A stretch of 64,000 bases of DNA from Methanotrichaceae archaeon (GCA_963803145.1 CAWDLW010000030.1:1-64000), one strand, 5' to 3'. Counted from the stretch's first letter, positions 9,327-19,258 are shown. Made by a program: numbers and translations. The notes: generated by a model from the letters alone, not told the origin.

Positions 9327-9669
9327 GGACCTGAAAAAAGGTGACATAGTCTTAGCACCTCTTTCTTATTCAAACCTACTTAATAATAAGGTCAGGCCAT
9401 CGCTTGTTTTGTATCACGATGTAGGTGAGATGCAACTCACTGTTGCATACATATCAAGCAAGGTTCCAGCCATGCCAGGAGCTTACGATATAGTGATTCC
9501 ATTAGGCACGCCTTCCAGCATCAAAGCAGGGCTGATATATAATTCTGTGGTAAAGATCTGCTGGATAGCGATGGTTAAGAGAATCCTGGTAAAAAGGAAG
9601 CTAGGCGAAGCTGATATGAATCTCAGAGAGAGGGTGAACCAAGTTTTGCCTCAAGCCCTTTCCATCTAA
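9319..9669 (+). CDS. PemK/MazF-family toxin
   Basis: KKGDIVLAP...KVRPSLVL...ISSK...GL...SVVK...RKLG pattern. Confidence 0.85.
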   Translation: MNEDLKKGDIVLAPLSYSNLLNNKVRPSLVLYHDVGEMQLTVAYISSKVPAMPGAYDIVIPLGTPSSIKAGLIYNSVVKICWIAMVKRILVKRKLGEADMNLRERVNQVLPQALSI

Positions 9670-9738
9670 AGGCTAAGATTAACCAAAAGTTTATGGCTTG
9701 CGATAGGGCTCTAATGCCAATTCTTTTGGCTGACCTTC

Positions 9739-10863
9739 ATGCATATTGCCTTTAAAAGGCTTATTTACTTGACATTGCCATATCAAACTACACTTGAACA
9801 TGAGATCTTCCACAGGGTAATATCCCAGATAGCAGATTATGCAAAGGAGACCCAAAAAAGAGCGTCGGCATTGGGCGAGCTGGATGTCCTCTGTGCCTTT
9901 GCCGAAGTTGCTTGTGGGAGCTCGTTCGTCAGGCCTGAGTTCAATACCGATGGCAGAATCTCCCTTCGTGCCTCGAAGCATCCAGTCCTTGACGAGTCTA
10001 TGCACGGCAGATTTGTGCCGAACGATGTCAGCCTTGACAGCGATAAAAACAGGCTCATTATATTGACCGGCCCAAACATGGCTGGAAAATCTACGTTCAT
10101 GCGTCAGATCGCAATAGTAGTCATCCTCGCCCAGGTAGGATCGTTCGTGCCTGCAACGTTCGCCTCCATATGCCTTGTCGATAGAATCTTCACCCGCGTG
10201 GGAGCATATGATGATCTCTCCGCCGGCCAGAGCACATTCATGGTTGAGATGACGGAGCTGTCGAATATTCTCAGCGCTGCCACGAAAGATAGCCTGATTC
10301 TTCTGGATGAGGTCGGCAGAGGTACGAGCACCTTCGATGGCTTAAGCCTTGCCTGGGCGATCTCCGAGTATATTCATAACACTATCAAGGCCAAGGCGGT
10401 TTTCGCTACCCATTATCATCAGCTCACACAGCTCGAGGAGACCTTGTCTGGAGTGAAGAACTACAGCGTGGCGGTGAAGGAGGACCGAGGCTCAATAACG
10501 TTCATCAGGACAGTGGTTCCGGGTGCTACCGATAAGAGCTACGGCGTGCACGTCGCCCGCCTTGCGGGAATGCCTGAGGCTGTGACTAAAAGGGCTGATG
10601 AGATTCTCAAGGAGATTGAGAGAGAGGCAGTGATAGATCCTCTGTCTGGCTCGAAGAAAGGGAGAAAGTCATCGAAGTATACCCGGTTGATCTTCTTTGA
10701 CCAGCCGAGTGGAGAGCCGGGGCTGCAGGAAAAGAAGATGCAAAGCAATCCGGTTGCGGAGGAGATCGTTGGCTTGGATCTCGATTCAATGACTCCACGC
10801 GAGGCGCTCAATAAGCTGGCGGAGTATCAGAGGATGCTGAAGGAAAGAGCGACTGATGAATAA
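9739..10863 (+). pseudogene. 5'-truncated mutS copy (mutS homology from 9791) forming an open 374-aa ATPase-domain ORF
   Basis: 9791-10863 corresponds to 5559-6634. The central ~640 bp look identical, with SNPs in both flanks and a different tail (KERATDE). Confidence 0.93.
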
Positions 10864-10960
10864 GATCTGGGTCGATGAGCAGTTAAAGTAACTATAGTTA
10901 ATCATTGAGCTTATTGCCCTATAGATACATTTAATAATTAATGCGTGAAAATACATAGGC

Positions 10961-11458
10961 ATGGGTAGAAAACCTATAATAATTAGGCATATATCAAAGA
11001 TAGACCTTGATAAATTATATAAAAAAGAGACTGATCTAAGGATTAAGGAACGGTTATTGGCAATAATACATTTATATGAAGGGAAAAACGTATATGAGGT
11101 AGCTGATATTTTAAAAAGGGGCGAGAGGACAATAAAATATTGGTTAAGCAGATGGAATAATCAAGGCTATAATGGATTGACACCAAAGAATAGAAATGGC
11201 AAAAAGCCAAAGATGTCTCTTGATGAATGGGATAGAGTTATTAAAGAAATTGAAGACAAAGGAATGACGATAAAAGACGTATTAAAATATGTAAGGGATA
11301 CAAGAGGTATAGATTTTTCATATAAATATGGCTGGCGAATTTTAAGAGTAGTGAAAAAAGTTAAGTATGGGAAACCATACATCAGAAATGAAAAGAGGCC
11401 TGCAGATGCAGAAAGTTTTTTAAAAAAGGATAAAATCAGTGCTGACCACTGTTACTGA
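10961..11458 (+). CDS. IS630 transposase N-terminal (HTH) part
   Basis: ERLLAI...VADIL...TIKYWLSRWN..GYNGL...KYGKPY; T6A6 run at 11416-11427. Confidence 0.88.
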   Translation: MGRKPIIIRHISKIDLDKLYKKETDLRIKERLLAIIHLYEGKNVYEVADILKRGERTIKYWLSRWNNQGYNGLTPKNRNGKKPKMSLDEWDRVIKEIEDKGMTIKDVLKYVRDTRGIDFSYKYGWRILRVVKKVKYGKPYIRNEKRPADAESFLKKDKISADHCY

Positions 11459-11966
11459 TCCTGTTATAGGATTTCTTGATGAAAGCTCTTTACAACAGCG
11501 CCCTAATACACGTAGAGTCTTAAACACTCATTTAATAAATTATAAACCTGGAAAGGTTAGATCAAGAACTATTTTTGGATTTATAGCATTAAATGGCAAT
11601 GATGAGGTTATGGTTTCCAACTCCTCTAAGAAGGAAGCGTTGATGGCATTTGCTCAAAATATAAGAAATAATAATATTATGAGGCCAATTTGTATACTTT
11701 TAGATAATGCTAGAATTCATTTGGCCAAGAAATTTAGAAAACTAGCTGAGGAAATCGATATTCACTTAATTTATAATATCCCCTATTCACCAGATTTGAA
11801 TCCTATAGAATTCGGTTGGAAGGATTTCAAAAGAGAGATCGCCAAATACACTGATTTCGATGAAGCTATTATAGCTAGCCAAGATTGCGCTTTAGAAATA
11901 TTTTATTCCAAAAAGGATGGATATTCAAAGTCCTGGGTGGAGCGATTTCTTAGTGCAAAAAGCTAG
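11439..11966 (+). CDS. IS630 transposase DDE part, in the +1 frame relative to orfA
   Basis: FLDESS, LDNARIH, PYSPDLNPIE.W motifs. Confidence 0.9.
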   Translation: MLTTVTDPVIGFLDESSLQQRPNTRRVLNTHLINYKPGKVRSRTIFGFIALNGNDEVMVSNSSKKEALMAFAQNIRNNNIMRPICILLDNARIHLAKKFRKLAEEIDIHLIYNIPYSPDLNPIEFGWKDFKREIAKYTDFDEAIIASQDCALEIFYSKKDGYSKSWVERFLSAKS

Positions 11967-11970
11967 GAGA

Positions 11971-12165
11971 TTAACTATAAATGATGAAATAATTTAAGTA
12001 ATCAAAAACTACCAACATCCCTAGCGAGAAATCAAAAATTAGCTGAAGAATAAACACGACTGCCGGAATCGCTGCCATCACGATCATCAAATCGTCGCTG
12101 AATATCCTGTTTATAGCATTGCAGATTTGCCCATTACTTGATTCATCTTTATTTGGTTCAGGCAT
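11971..12165 (-). CDS. small membrane protein whose native stop codon was the IS630 target
   Basis: Hydrophobic 64-aa ORF. Removing the IS restores ...TTC ATC ATT TAG. Confidence 0.55.
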   Translation of the reverse strand: MPEPNKDESSNGQICNAINRIFSDDLMIVMAAIPAVVFILQLIFDFSLGMLVVFDYLNYFIIYS

Positions 12166-12600
12166 TTATATATTGTACCAGCTAACTCTGGCTGGCGGAT
12201 AATTTCTACGTATATCAATCTATTCCCAAAACGTGTATTACTCTTTAAACGAAAAGGTGTTTATCGCTTGTTTTAGAAACGTGGAAGGGATAAAGAATAA
12301 TATGGGTTGCATATCTTACAAGGCAAATAGCCAGGGGGTAAAATATCCGCTGAGTATGAAAGAGAAATAAGATAGAATGACATTGGAGGAAGTTGAAGGT
12401 TTTCTCCAAATATTTTTCTTCACTCAAAATAATTGCCGATAATAGGCCAGCGGTAAAAATTGTTGTTATTTGGCAAAGGTGAGTTTTGCCAAAATCAGCC
12501 GAATTTCCTTTTAAGGCTTGAGGGTTAACTACAGCATAATTTTATAAAAATTGTCTTCAAATCATGCGAAAAAGTTAATTATCCCGAAATAATTTTGATT

Positions 12601-13308
12601 TTAAACTTCAGCCTTATATGCACATTCGCTTTTCTTATGAATTTCCCAAGCGTACCGTTCGTTTGGGAAATTCAATTTTGCATGGTTCCCAAAAAATGCG
12701 ATAGCATTCATATCATATGCTTTTGCAGCATCTTCCTCATTATCGAAATATCCCAAATGGTTTGTAATACCATGATATGTGATTTGGGCTCGCCATTTTC
12801 CTAATTTTTTGTTAAAACTAACGCCTTTGAACCTACTTGTAGATTTCTTGTTTGTGTTAATCCTTACTGGTTTCATCGTATTTTCACAATTTTCTATATT
12901 TGATACTAACCTAATATTCCCACGCCTATTATCCAACTTGTTACTATTTACGTGATCTATAATTTCGCCTGTATTTAGTGATCTTCCGATTTTCCTTTCT
13001 GCAATCAAACGATGCATGTAAATGTGCTTCCGATCTTTGTCTTTCCGGGCCGCATAATTCTTACGGGTTTGCCAATTCAAATCTGCAAGATCCTTATCAA
13101 TTTCATCAAGCAATACGATATTTCCTTTTGTAATTTCTAAGTGGATAATGCCATCTTGAATCCAAGACTTGTGTTTTGATTGTTCTTGTCCCTTGTATCT
13201 GCAAGCATTTGAACAATAATGCTTTTCAGCACGCTTTATTTTGCAAGGCTTTCTTTTAAACTTCTTACCGCAAATATCGCATTTCAATTCTACCATAATG
13301 ATCATCAA
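12601..13308 (-). CDS. HNH endonuclease with AP2 domain and N-terminal Zn ribbon
   Basis: CDICG...YCSNAC, MHRLI, DHVNSNKLDNRRGNIR, SRFKGVS...KWRAQI...HLGYF..EEDAAKAYD...AKLNFP. Confidence 0.92.
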   Translation of the reverse strand: MMIIMVELKCDICGKKFKRKPCKIKRAEKHYCSNACRYKGQEQSKHKSWIQDGIIHLEITKGNIVLLDEIDKDLADLNWQTRKNYAARKDKDRKHIYMHRLIAERKIGRSLNTGEIIDHVNSNKLDNRRGNIRLVSNIENCENTMKPVRINTNKKSTSRFKGVSFNKKLGKWRAQITYHGITNHLGYFDNEEDAAKAYDMNAIAFFGNHAKLNFPNERYAWEIHKKSECAYKAEV

Positions 13309-13471
13309 TCATCCAGACATCGAATTTTATTTTACAATCGCATGAATGGCCTGAATCAATAGCGAACCTAATGAGATACCGCAAGCTAAGGCATCGGAAA
13401 ACTCTCATTAAAGTTAGCTATTGATTTGACAGGTTTGTTGGTTTTAGCGACGGATGCGTAAATGGGGCATT

Positions 13472-13639
13472 TAAAGGTATATCATAAAACCAGTATATAG
13501 CAGACCATATGACCAATATGACTCATTTTCGCTATTTTTCTTTATACTATTATACTATTCCCTCTTTTTCCATGCGATTAATAGGAGAAATAGGTCATAT
13601 AAGTCGTATGGTGCTACTGGTGCTGATCTTATACCTTTA
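13472..13639. repeat. nested imperfect inverted repeats, candidate replication origin
   Basis: Pairs TAAAGGTATA/TATACCTTTA, ACCAGTA/TACTGGT and ACCATATGACCAATATGAC/GTCATATAAGTCGTATGGT surround an AT-rich core, just downstream of the helicase gene. Confidence 0.6.
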
Positions 13640-13677
13640 GTTTATATACCCCTATTATATGCCGCCAAAGATCCATC

Positions 13678-15450
13678 CTATTTCTTATCCTTCAGGGATA
13701 TCCCGCTCCAAGACTCAATCTGCTTGTTTCCTATCATTGGGAAATAGGTGCTAACGGGAATAACGGTCTGATCTTTCATCATTCCGCCAAATGCCTGCAT
13801 TGAGCTAGCTGGCGGTAAATTGTTAGCCTTGGCCCAATCGTTATACTCTTTTATAAGACCACCCTTTGGGATACCGTTATCTGACGCGCAGCATCTATCC
13901 TCTAGGAATGCGGAAACAGGGTTAGTTTGCCGCTTGAAGAGGTTGAGCCCATAATCCAGGTCATAGGTGAACTTTTTGTTAGCATGCAGCCTCCTAAGAC
14001 CTTCTAGAGACATATTTAATAATCCGCTCATTTCTGATGGCGTTGATAGCTTTTCGAATAGCTTAGGATCTTCTCTTCCTATCACAGAGTTTCCAAAGGG
14101 TATTGTTATCCACCTAACGCAATATGCCTCATCATAGGTTTTTATTCTCGGGATTTCGTTTGTTGCGAAGATCAGCTTTCCATTATATTTGAAGCTAAAA
14201 GGATGGCCGAACTTATGTTGTGCCCAAACCATATCTTGTCCGACTAAATTCTTGAAAATCTCAAGGTCTGGTAACGGCTTAGGAGACAAATCTCCGCTAT
14301 AATTGAGCATCTTACCATAAAGCTGGCTAACAGAAAACTTGTCCGTGACCAACTTATATAGCGGTACATGGCTACAATTGCTCTCCCCAATCATATTACC
14401 GATTAGCTTTAATAGCGTGCTCTTAAATGTTCGCTTCTCGCCAAATAACATGAATGCTTTTTGCATATCTGAGTTATTCTCAAGAGTATAACCAGTCATT
14501 TCGTATATGCAATCGTGATATTTCCTATCAACATGGTAATCTAGCTTTTCTTGAATGCCAATACACTCAGCATCAGGATCAAAAGCTGTTGGTATTTGGG
14601 TTAAGCTGAGAATATCCGTCCTATGTGGGTATAGCTCATAGCCATCTAGGCTAATGTAGCCTTGTTGGGTATTTAAGATAGGAATCCCCACATTATAGAA
14701 CATAGGTTCCAAATTGGGTATGTTGGAAATTAACCCAAAGGGTACCTTATCAACTCCAAACTCGCTAATTGGCTTACTCGTTAAATGTATAATTTTGGAT
14801 ATAATTTCCTCAGTCTTCTTTCTATCTAGTAGGGGGTAATCCTTTTTTGTCTTCAACTTATAGAAGAAATGATGAAGAATTTGTCGGGCTAGCTCGCCGC
14901 CATCCTTCTTATAAACTCCATCCTCATAATACAGGATTTCCTTAGTTTCGCTAATTGTTACTAGATGAAGGTTATCTATTAACCAATCAACGCATTCATC
15001 TTCAATTAGCATCACCGGGAAACCATCATTGCTATATTTTACGCTGCCCTCCGGGTTAGGCATCCCATAATTATTAGTTGCCGCGCGGATGCTCTTAGAC
15101 TTCGGCTTAAACCTCGTTACAAAGCTTTCTGGTTCTGGTTGGGTGATTCTATTTTCTGTTGGTATTGCGTCATATACCGGCTCACAAGGGCAATCTTGAA
15201 CCGTTGGGATACTATCCAACGGCTCTAAATCTTCGGATCTATCCGATAGTTTCATCTCGGGTATTTCTGGTTCTTCGGGGTAATCCCTTTCCGTTATTTC
15301 CATTTCGGGTATTTCTTGGTCATCATCAGCAATCGGTTCTATATTATCTCCATAGACCGGCTTATTGATGGGTACACTGCTAGAGTTACTGGCCATATAG
15401 GTCACTTTCTCAGTATGATATTGACAAATAGATGGCTGGATAAGCCCCAA
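13678..15450 (-). CDS. phage/plasmid P4-family D5-like SF3 helicase
   Basis: QKAFMLFGEKRTFKST (variant Walker A), LYGKMLN, FKNLVGQD, KLIFATNEIP, and a C-terminal wHTH-like region. Confidence 0.88.
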   Translation of the reverse strand: MGLIQPSICQYHTEKVTYMASNSSSVPINKPVYGDNIEPIADDDQEIPEMEITERDYPEEPEIPEMKLSDRSEDLEPLDSIPTVQDCPCEPVYDAIPTENRITQPEPESFVTRFKPKSKSIRAATNNYGMPNPEGSVKYSNDGFPVMLIEDECVDWLIDNLHLVTISETKEILYYEDGVYKKDGGELARQILHHFFYKLKTKKDYPLLDRKKTEEIISKIIHLTSKPISEFGVDKVPFGLISNIPNLEPMFYNVGIPILNTQQGYISLDGYELYPHRTDILSLTQIPTAFDPDAECIGIQEKLDYHVDRKYHDCIYEMTGYTLENNSDMQKAFMLFGEKRTFKSTLLKLIGNMIGESNCSHVPLYKLVTDKFSVSQLYGKMLNYSGDLSPKPLPDLEIFKNLVGQDMVWAQHKFGHPFSFKYNGKLIFATNEIPRIKTYDEAYCVRWITIPFGNSVIGREDPKLFEKLSTPSEMSGLLNMSLEGLRRLHANKKFTYDLDYGLNLFKRQTNPVSAFLEDRCCASDNGIPKGGLIKEYNDWAKANNLPPASSMQAFGGMMKDQTVIPVSTYFPMIGNKQIESWSGISLKDKK

Positions 15451-15614
15451 TTGCCTTCTTAGTCTCTATATTATTATTGGTTCCATTCATTATTATTGAC
15501 TCCTCATTTTTGTAGATTATATAATGCCAAGTTTTCGACAATGATAATTAAGCTACTATCAACCATAGATGTTGTATTAGCTAGAAGCTGGGGCTTCTAG
15601 CGTTATTTTTCTAT

Positions 15615-16031
15615 TTACGCGTGCATTATAGATAGGCTATTATCTGAGGTTTCTCCGGCTGGTCCTATTTCCTCATCAACATAAACGCTGTAAGCGATAT
15701 CACAGGCGACATAGATAATGGCTGCCAATTTCTCATCTGTCAAATTATCATCATACTTCATAATAACACGTTTTTGTTCCACTCGGGTATAAAACGCGTT
15801 ATTAATTTCCACCAAACCATTGAAAATGTCCTTTGATATCACAGGGCGCTCATCATGAAAACACTTTTTGAATTCTCGAATCATAGGTCCAGCCATCAAT
15901 GCTAGGGTCAAATAATCTGAGTCTTTTGGCTCCCCTAATCCACAATCTGCGAACTTATCTTCTAGCGGCACATGTACAAGCTCTTTGAAAGCCTTGAGAG
16001 TCTCATTATTATAATCTAATTCCATGTTCAA
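15615..16031 (-). CDS. hypothetical protein of the integrated element
   Basis: 138-aa ORF with a GGAGG RBS, co-oriented with the helicase. Confidence 0.65.
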   Translation of the reverse strand: MNMELDYNNETLKAFKELVHVPLEDKFADCGLGEPKDSDYLTLALMAGPMIREFKKCFHDERPVISKDIFNGLVEINNAFYTRVEQKRVIMKYDDNLTDEKLAAIIYVACDIAYSVYVDEEIGPAGETSDNSLSIMHA

Positions 16032-16199
16032 ACCTCCTTATCATCTAGCTGCCAATCAATCTCTATGCATCCACTAACTAATTGTCCGACTTTTATCTCG
16101 TTCATTGTGTCACGTCCTGCACCTCATACAAGGTGCACAATCCTTTCTGTACTCAACGCCAATATTTATACTATTTGTTATATTGAATATATCTGAATA

Positions 16200-16272
16200 A
16201 TAACTAGTTATATTACTAGATCAAAAGAGTATAACGGGTTATCAGCGGTAATGGACCAAGATAACTGATTTA
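16200..16272. promoter_or_regulatory. three ATAAC-NN-GTTAT-like palindromes, putative operators
   Basis: ATAACTAGTTAT (16200), ATAACGGGTTAT (16231) and a degenerate ATAACTGATTTA (16261), ~30 bp apart, between divergent genes. Confidence 0.45.
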
Positions 16273-16297
16273 ACGCCTTACTGCATCTTATCTCCTG

Positions 16298-16642
16298 ATG
16301 GCGTCTGATGAAGATAAAAATGCGTTAACCAAGTTTAGTGTGGAACAAGTTAGAATAATCATTGAGCTTTTAAATGCAAAAGGCCTTAGCAATAGGCAAT
16401 TGACAGAACAACTTGGGATTAAAAAATCAAATTTATCAACAGCGCTTCGTGATTTAGAAGATCTTAAAGTGGTTTCTAGAGGCAAACCAAGGAAATCAAA
16501 AGAAGGCAAGGGATATATGGAAACGCCCTATAACATCAACTTTGAATATCTCGCCGAATCAATAACGGAGCTTCGATTTCTTGAGCTCATTATTGATAAG
16601 CTAGCTAAGATGAATGAAGATGATTTAACTAATAAGTTATTA
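16298..16642 (+). pseudogene. 5' part of a wHTH-domain gene interrupted by IS5
   Basis: LSNRQLTEQLGIKKSNLSTALRDLEDLKVV helix-turn-helix. Excising the IS joins it in frame to 17785-18852. Confidence 0.85.
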
Positions 16643-17780
16643 GAGGATTCCTATAAACCTACCCCCTGCTTTAGCATCGAAAGTGTTAAATACAGCAAAT
16701 AGTATTTATTGTTATGGATTCTTTTACTACTTGGGTATTGAAAGGTCTAAATGCAAAGCAAGAGGAGTCTAAATTAGCTCAAGTATCTGGATTGATCAAT
16801 TGGGTTCCCTTTCGTCCTCTTCTGGAAGGGATGTATACTAATAAGACCGAGAAGGGAGGAAGGCCCAACTGTGATGTTATTCTAATGTTCAGGATCCTGA
16901 TTCTCCAGCAGTGGTATGGCCTGAGCGATCTGGCTGTTGAACGGCAAATGGCTGATCGCATATCATTTATGGCATTTCTTGGTTTTCCTGATCAGTTCCC
17001 TGATTCCAGAACTATATGGTCATTCAAAGAACGAATGGCGGAGACAGGAACAGATAGGCTTGTTTGGGCTGAACTTCAAAGACAGTTGGATGCAAAAGGA
17101 TTGAAGATCAGACGCGGAATTGTTCAGGATGCTACCTTTATAGAAGCAGATCCAGGATCATCGGAGTCAAAGAAACCACGTGGCGATGAGGCTAAGACAC
17201 GTCGCAGCAAGGATGGCACATGGGCTAAGAAAGGCAATGAAACTCACTTCGGATATAAGTTACATCAAATAACTGATATCGATTACAGCCTAATACGTGA
17301 TATAGAGACCTCGACTGCATCACTGCATGACAGTCAGGTTGATCTCTCTATCCCTGGCGTGCCAGTTTTCAGAGATAGAGGATATTTCGGTGTGAAGGCC
17401 AAAGGTATTGATTTTACAATGAAGCGCAGGACTACTGATAAACCTCTTTCTGATCTTGATAAAGAACGCAATCAGTTGATCAGTATCCTCAGATCGCCTG
17501 GCGAAAGGCCCCATGCTGTAATCAAGAGGGTTTTCGAGGCTGGAAGAGTGCTTGTTACATCAGTCAGAAGAGTGCATGTGAAAATGATAGTTACCGCTTT
17601 CGCTTTTAACTTGTATCAGCTTTGTACTCTTAAAAAGGCAAATGTCATTTAGGGATAGCGGATGCTATCGAGAATTAACTGAAAAAAAACAGGTTAGACC
17701 AAGAATAGCGAACATCGTAAGGCAAATCTAGAGTCGATTTAAAAAAACCGCCCTTAGGATACAAGTAAATAGGAATCCTC
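16643..17780 (+). mobile_element. IS5-family insertion sequence (1138 bp)
   Basis: IRs GAGGATTCCTATAAAC / GTAAATAGGAATCCTC with a 4-bp ATTA target duplication. Confidence 0.95.
16714..17652 (+). CDS. IS5-family transposase
   Basis: GGRP, LQQWYGLSD, PDSRTIW, QDATFI, HFGYKLH, DRGY, R...ERPHAVIKR. Confidence 0.95.
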   Translation: MDSFTTWVLKGLNAKQEESKLAQVSGLINWVPFRPLLEGMYTNKTEKGGRPNCDVILMFRILILQQWYGLSDLAVERQMADRISFMAFLGFPDQFPDSRTIWSFKERMAETGTDRLVWAELQRQLDAKGLKIRRGIVQDATFIEADPGSSESKKPRGDEAKTRRSKDGTWAKKGNETHFGYKLHQITDIDYSLIRDIETSTASLHDSQVDLSIPGVPVFRDRGYFGVKAKGIDFTMKRRTTDKPLSDLDKERNQLISILRSPGERPHAVIKRVFEAGRVLVTSVRRVHVKMIVTAFAFNLYQLCTLKKANVI

Positions 17781-17784
17781 ATTA

Positions 17785-18852
17785 ACCTCAGAATATTTAA
17801 ATCGACTAATTGAGAGATTCGGCTTTTTATCTATATATAATATCCTGAAAAATCATATGAGCGATCGAGGATTTAATAAAAAAGCTTCTCACAGTCTACT
17901 AAGTCAACCCGCATTTCTTGGCGAGATACAGAGATACTCCGATAACATACGAAGGGATGTAGAATATTTAGATTGCCCAATTACGGCTTATAATATTCCT
18001 GAAAATAACCTCATAAAGTTGTTAGAAGATTTTGAGCCGATAGAGTCAATTAATTTCTATAGATCCAAAGTTAAGGATACGTATAGTAATCTAATTAGGG
18101 ATTTTGGAGGAGAAGGTTACTCAGAAAATCTCCATAAACTAATTGATTTGGATATGCTCCTAAGTCCCTTTATATCTTATCCGGTTAGCGATCCACTTAA
18201 GCTACTCTTTATGAAGCCGTTTGAAAGGCTATATGATGATGTATATTTAATGGATGAATCCGATTATGAAAGATTCGTTCAAAGGGCTTATATAATCTAT
18301 TCCAATTTTAGCGATATTTTATCTCAAGGAATGCGCTTTCTTAGATCGGAGGAAATATATCGCCTAGATTATGGGATTCGTCAACTCGAAGAAGAAAAAG
18401 CAACGACGGATTTGGATTATTGGGATGATGATAAAGACATATTAATGGAACATATGTTCGAAAGAATAGATTCTTTAGACAATATCGAAAAATCATTAGG
18501 TACTTTAATAAAAACATCGATTTTCTACTGGAATTTAACTTCAAGTCGATTAGACTCGTTATGCCAGAAATTAAATTACGGAAAAGACCACAAGGGATCT
18601 GGAAAATACCATATATTTACAGATAATAATGGCATAAAGGCTATAGATCTTGAAACTAATGAGGATATCTTTAGTCCCGAGGACTCAAAGGAAATAATTG
18701 GCGCTTACTTTTTAATGGATGTCTTATTAGATAATATTAGAGACCCATTTACCTATCTTCGCCCTTGCAATGTATTCAGCGAAGTAGGTTTGAAGGCCGA
18801 AACAAAGACGTATAAGAAATTGCTAGCTGATTTTAAATCACGAATGCAGTAG
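17785..18852 (+). pseudogene. 3' part of the IS5-interrupted wHTH gene (residual ORF 17857-18852)
   Basis: 24 stop-free codons from 17785 lead in frame into the 331-aa ORF. Confidence 0.8.
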
Positions 18853-19258
18853 GACAATATGTATAGAATTAATAGAAAGATAATTCATTATTCAGAGCTA
18901 AGGGTTTCGCGATAAAGAGCTTCCTATGCAATAAATTCTGGATATTTTGATAAATCGAAGAAAATAAAATTCTAAAATGCCCATTAACGCTTGTATTTCC
19001 TTTTCTGAAAAGATTCATCAATACAACCTCAAAAAACCTTAACCATGAAGGAATAGAGCAATCAGAGCCTAGACCTGCGGGTTCAAAAGCTCAGGCTGAC
19101 ATTTATGGCGATCGGAAAAGAACAATAACACATTGAATTTTTAGAAAAAGTTTCATGACAGGGTCCCTGGGAAATGACGCGAAAAGGTTTATATCATCGT
19201 GACAAAAGTCTAATTAAGGCAGTCTTATAACAAAACCGACAACAGCAGATTAATTAAA

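Larger units (their letters stand above)
10895..11977 (+). mobile_element. IS630-family insertion sequence
   Basis: Terminal IRs TAGTTAATC/GATTAACTA, flanking TA duplication (10893-94, 11978-79), and an HTH orf plus a DDE orf. Confidence 0.92.
12200..19258. mobile_element. integrated plasmid/provirus remnant at the 3' end of tRNA-Leu(TAG)
   Basis: AT-rich block with an HNH-AP2 nuclease, a D5/P4-type helicase and a divergent wHTH gene. No intact integrase or matching att copy was seen, and the left boundary is approximate. Confidence 0.7.
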
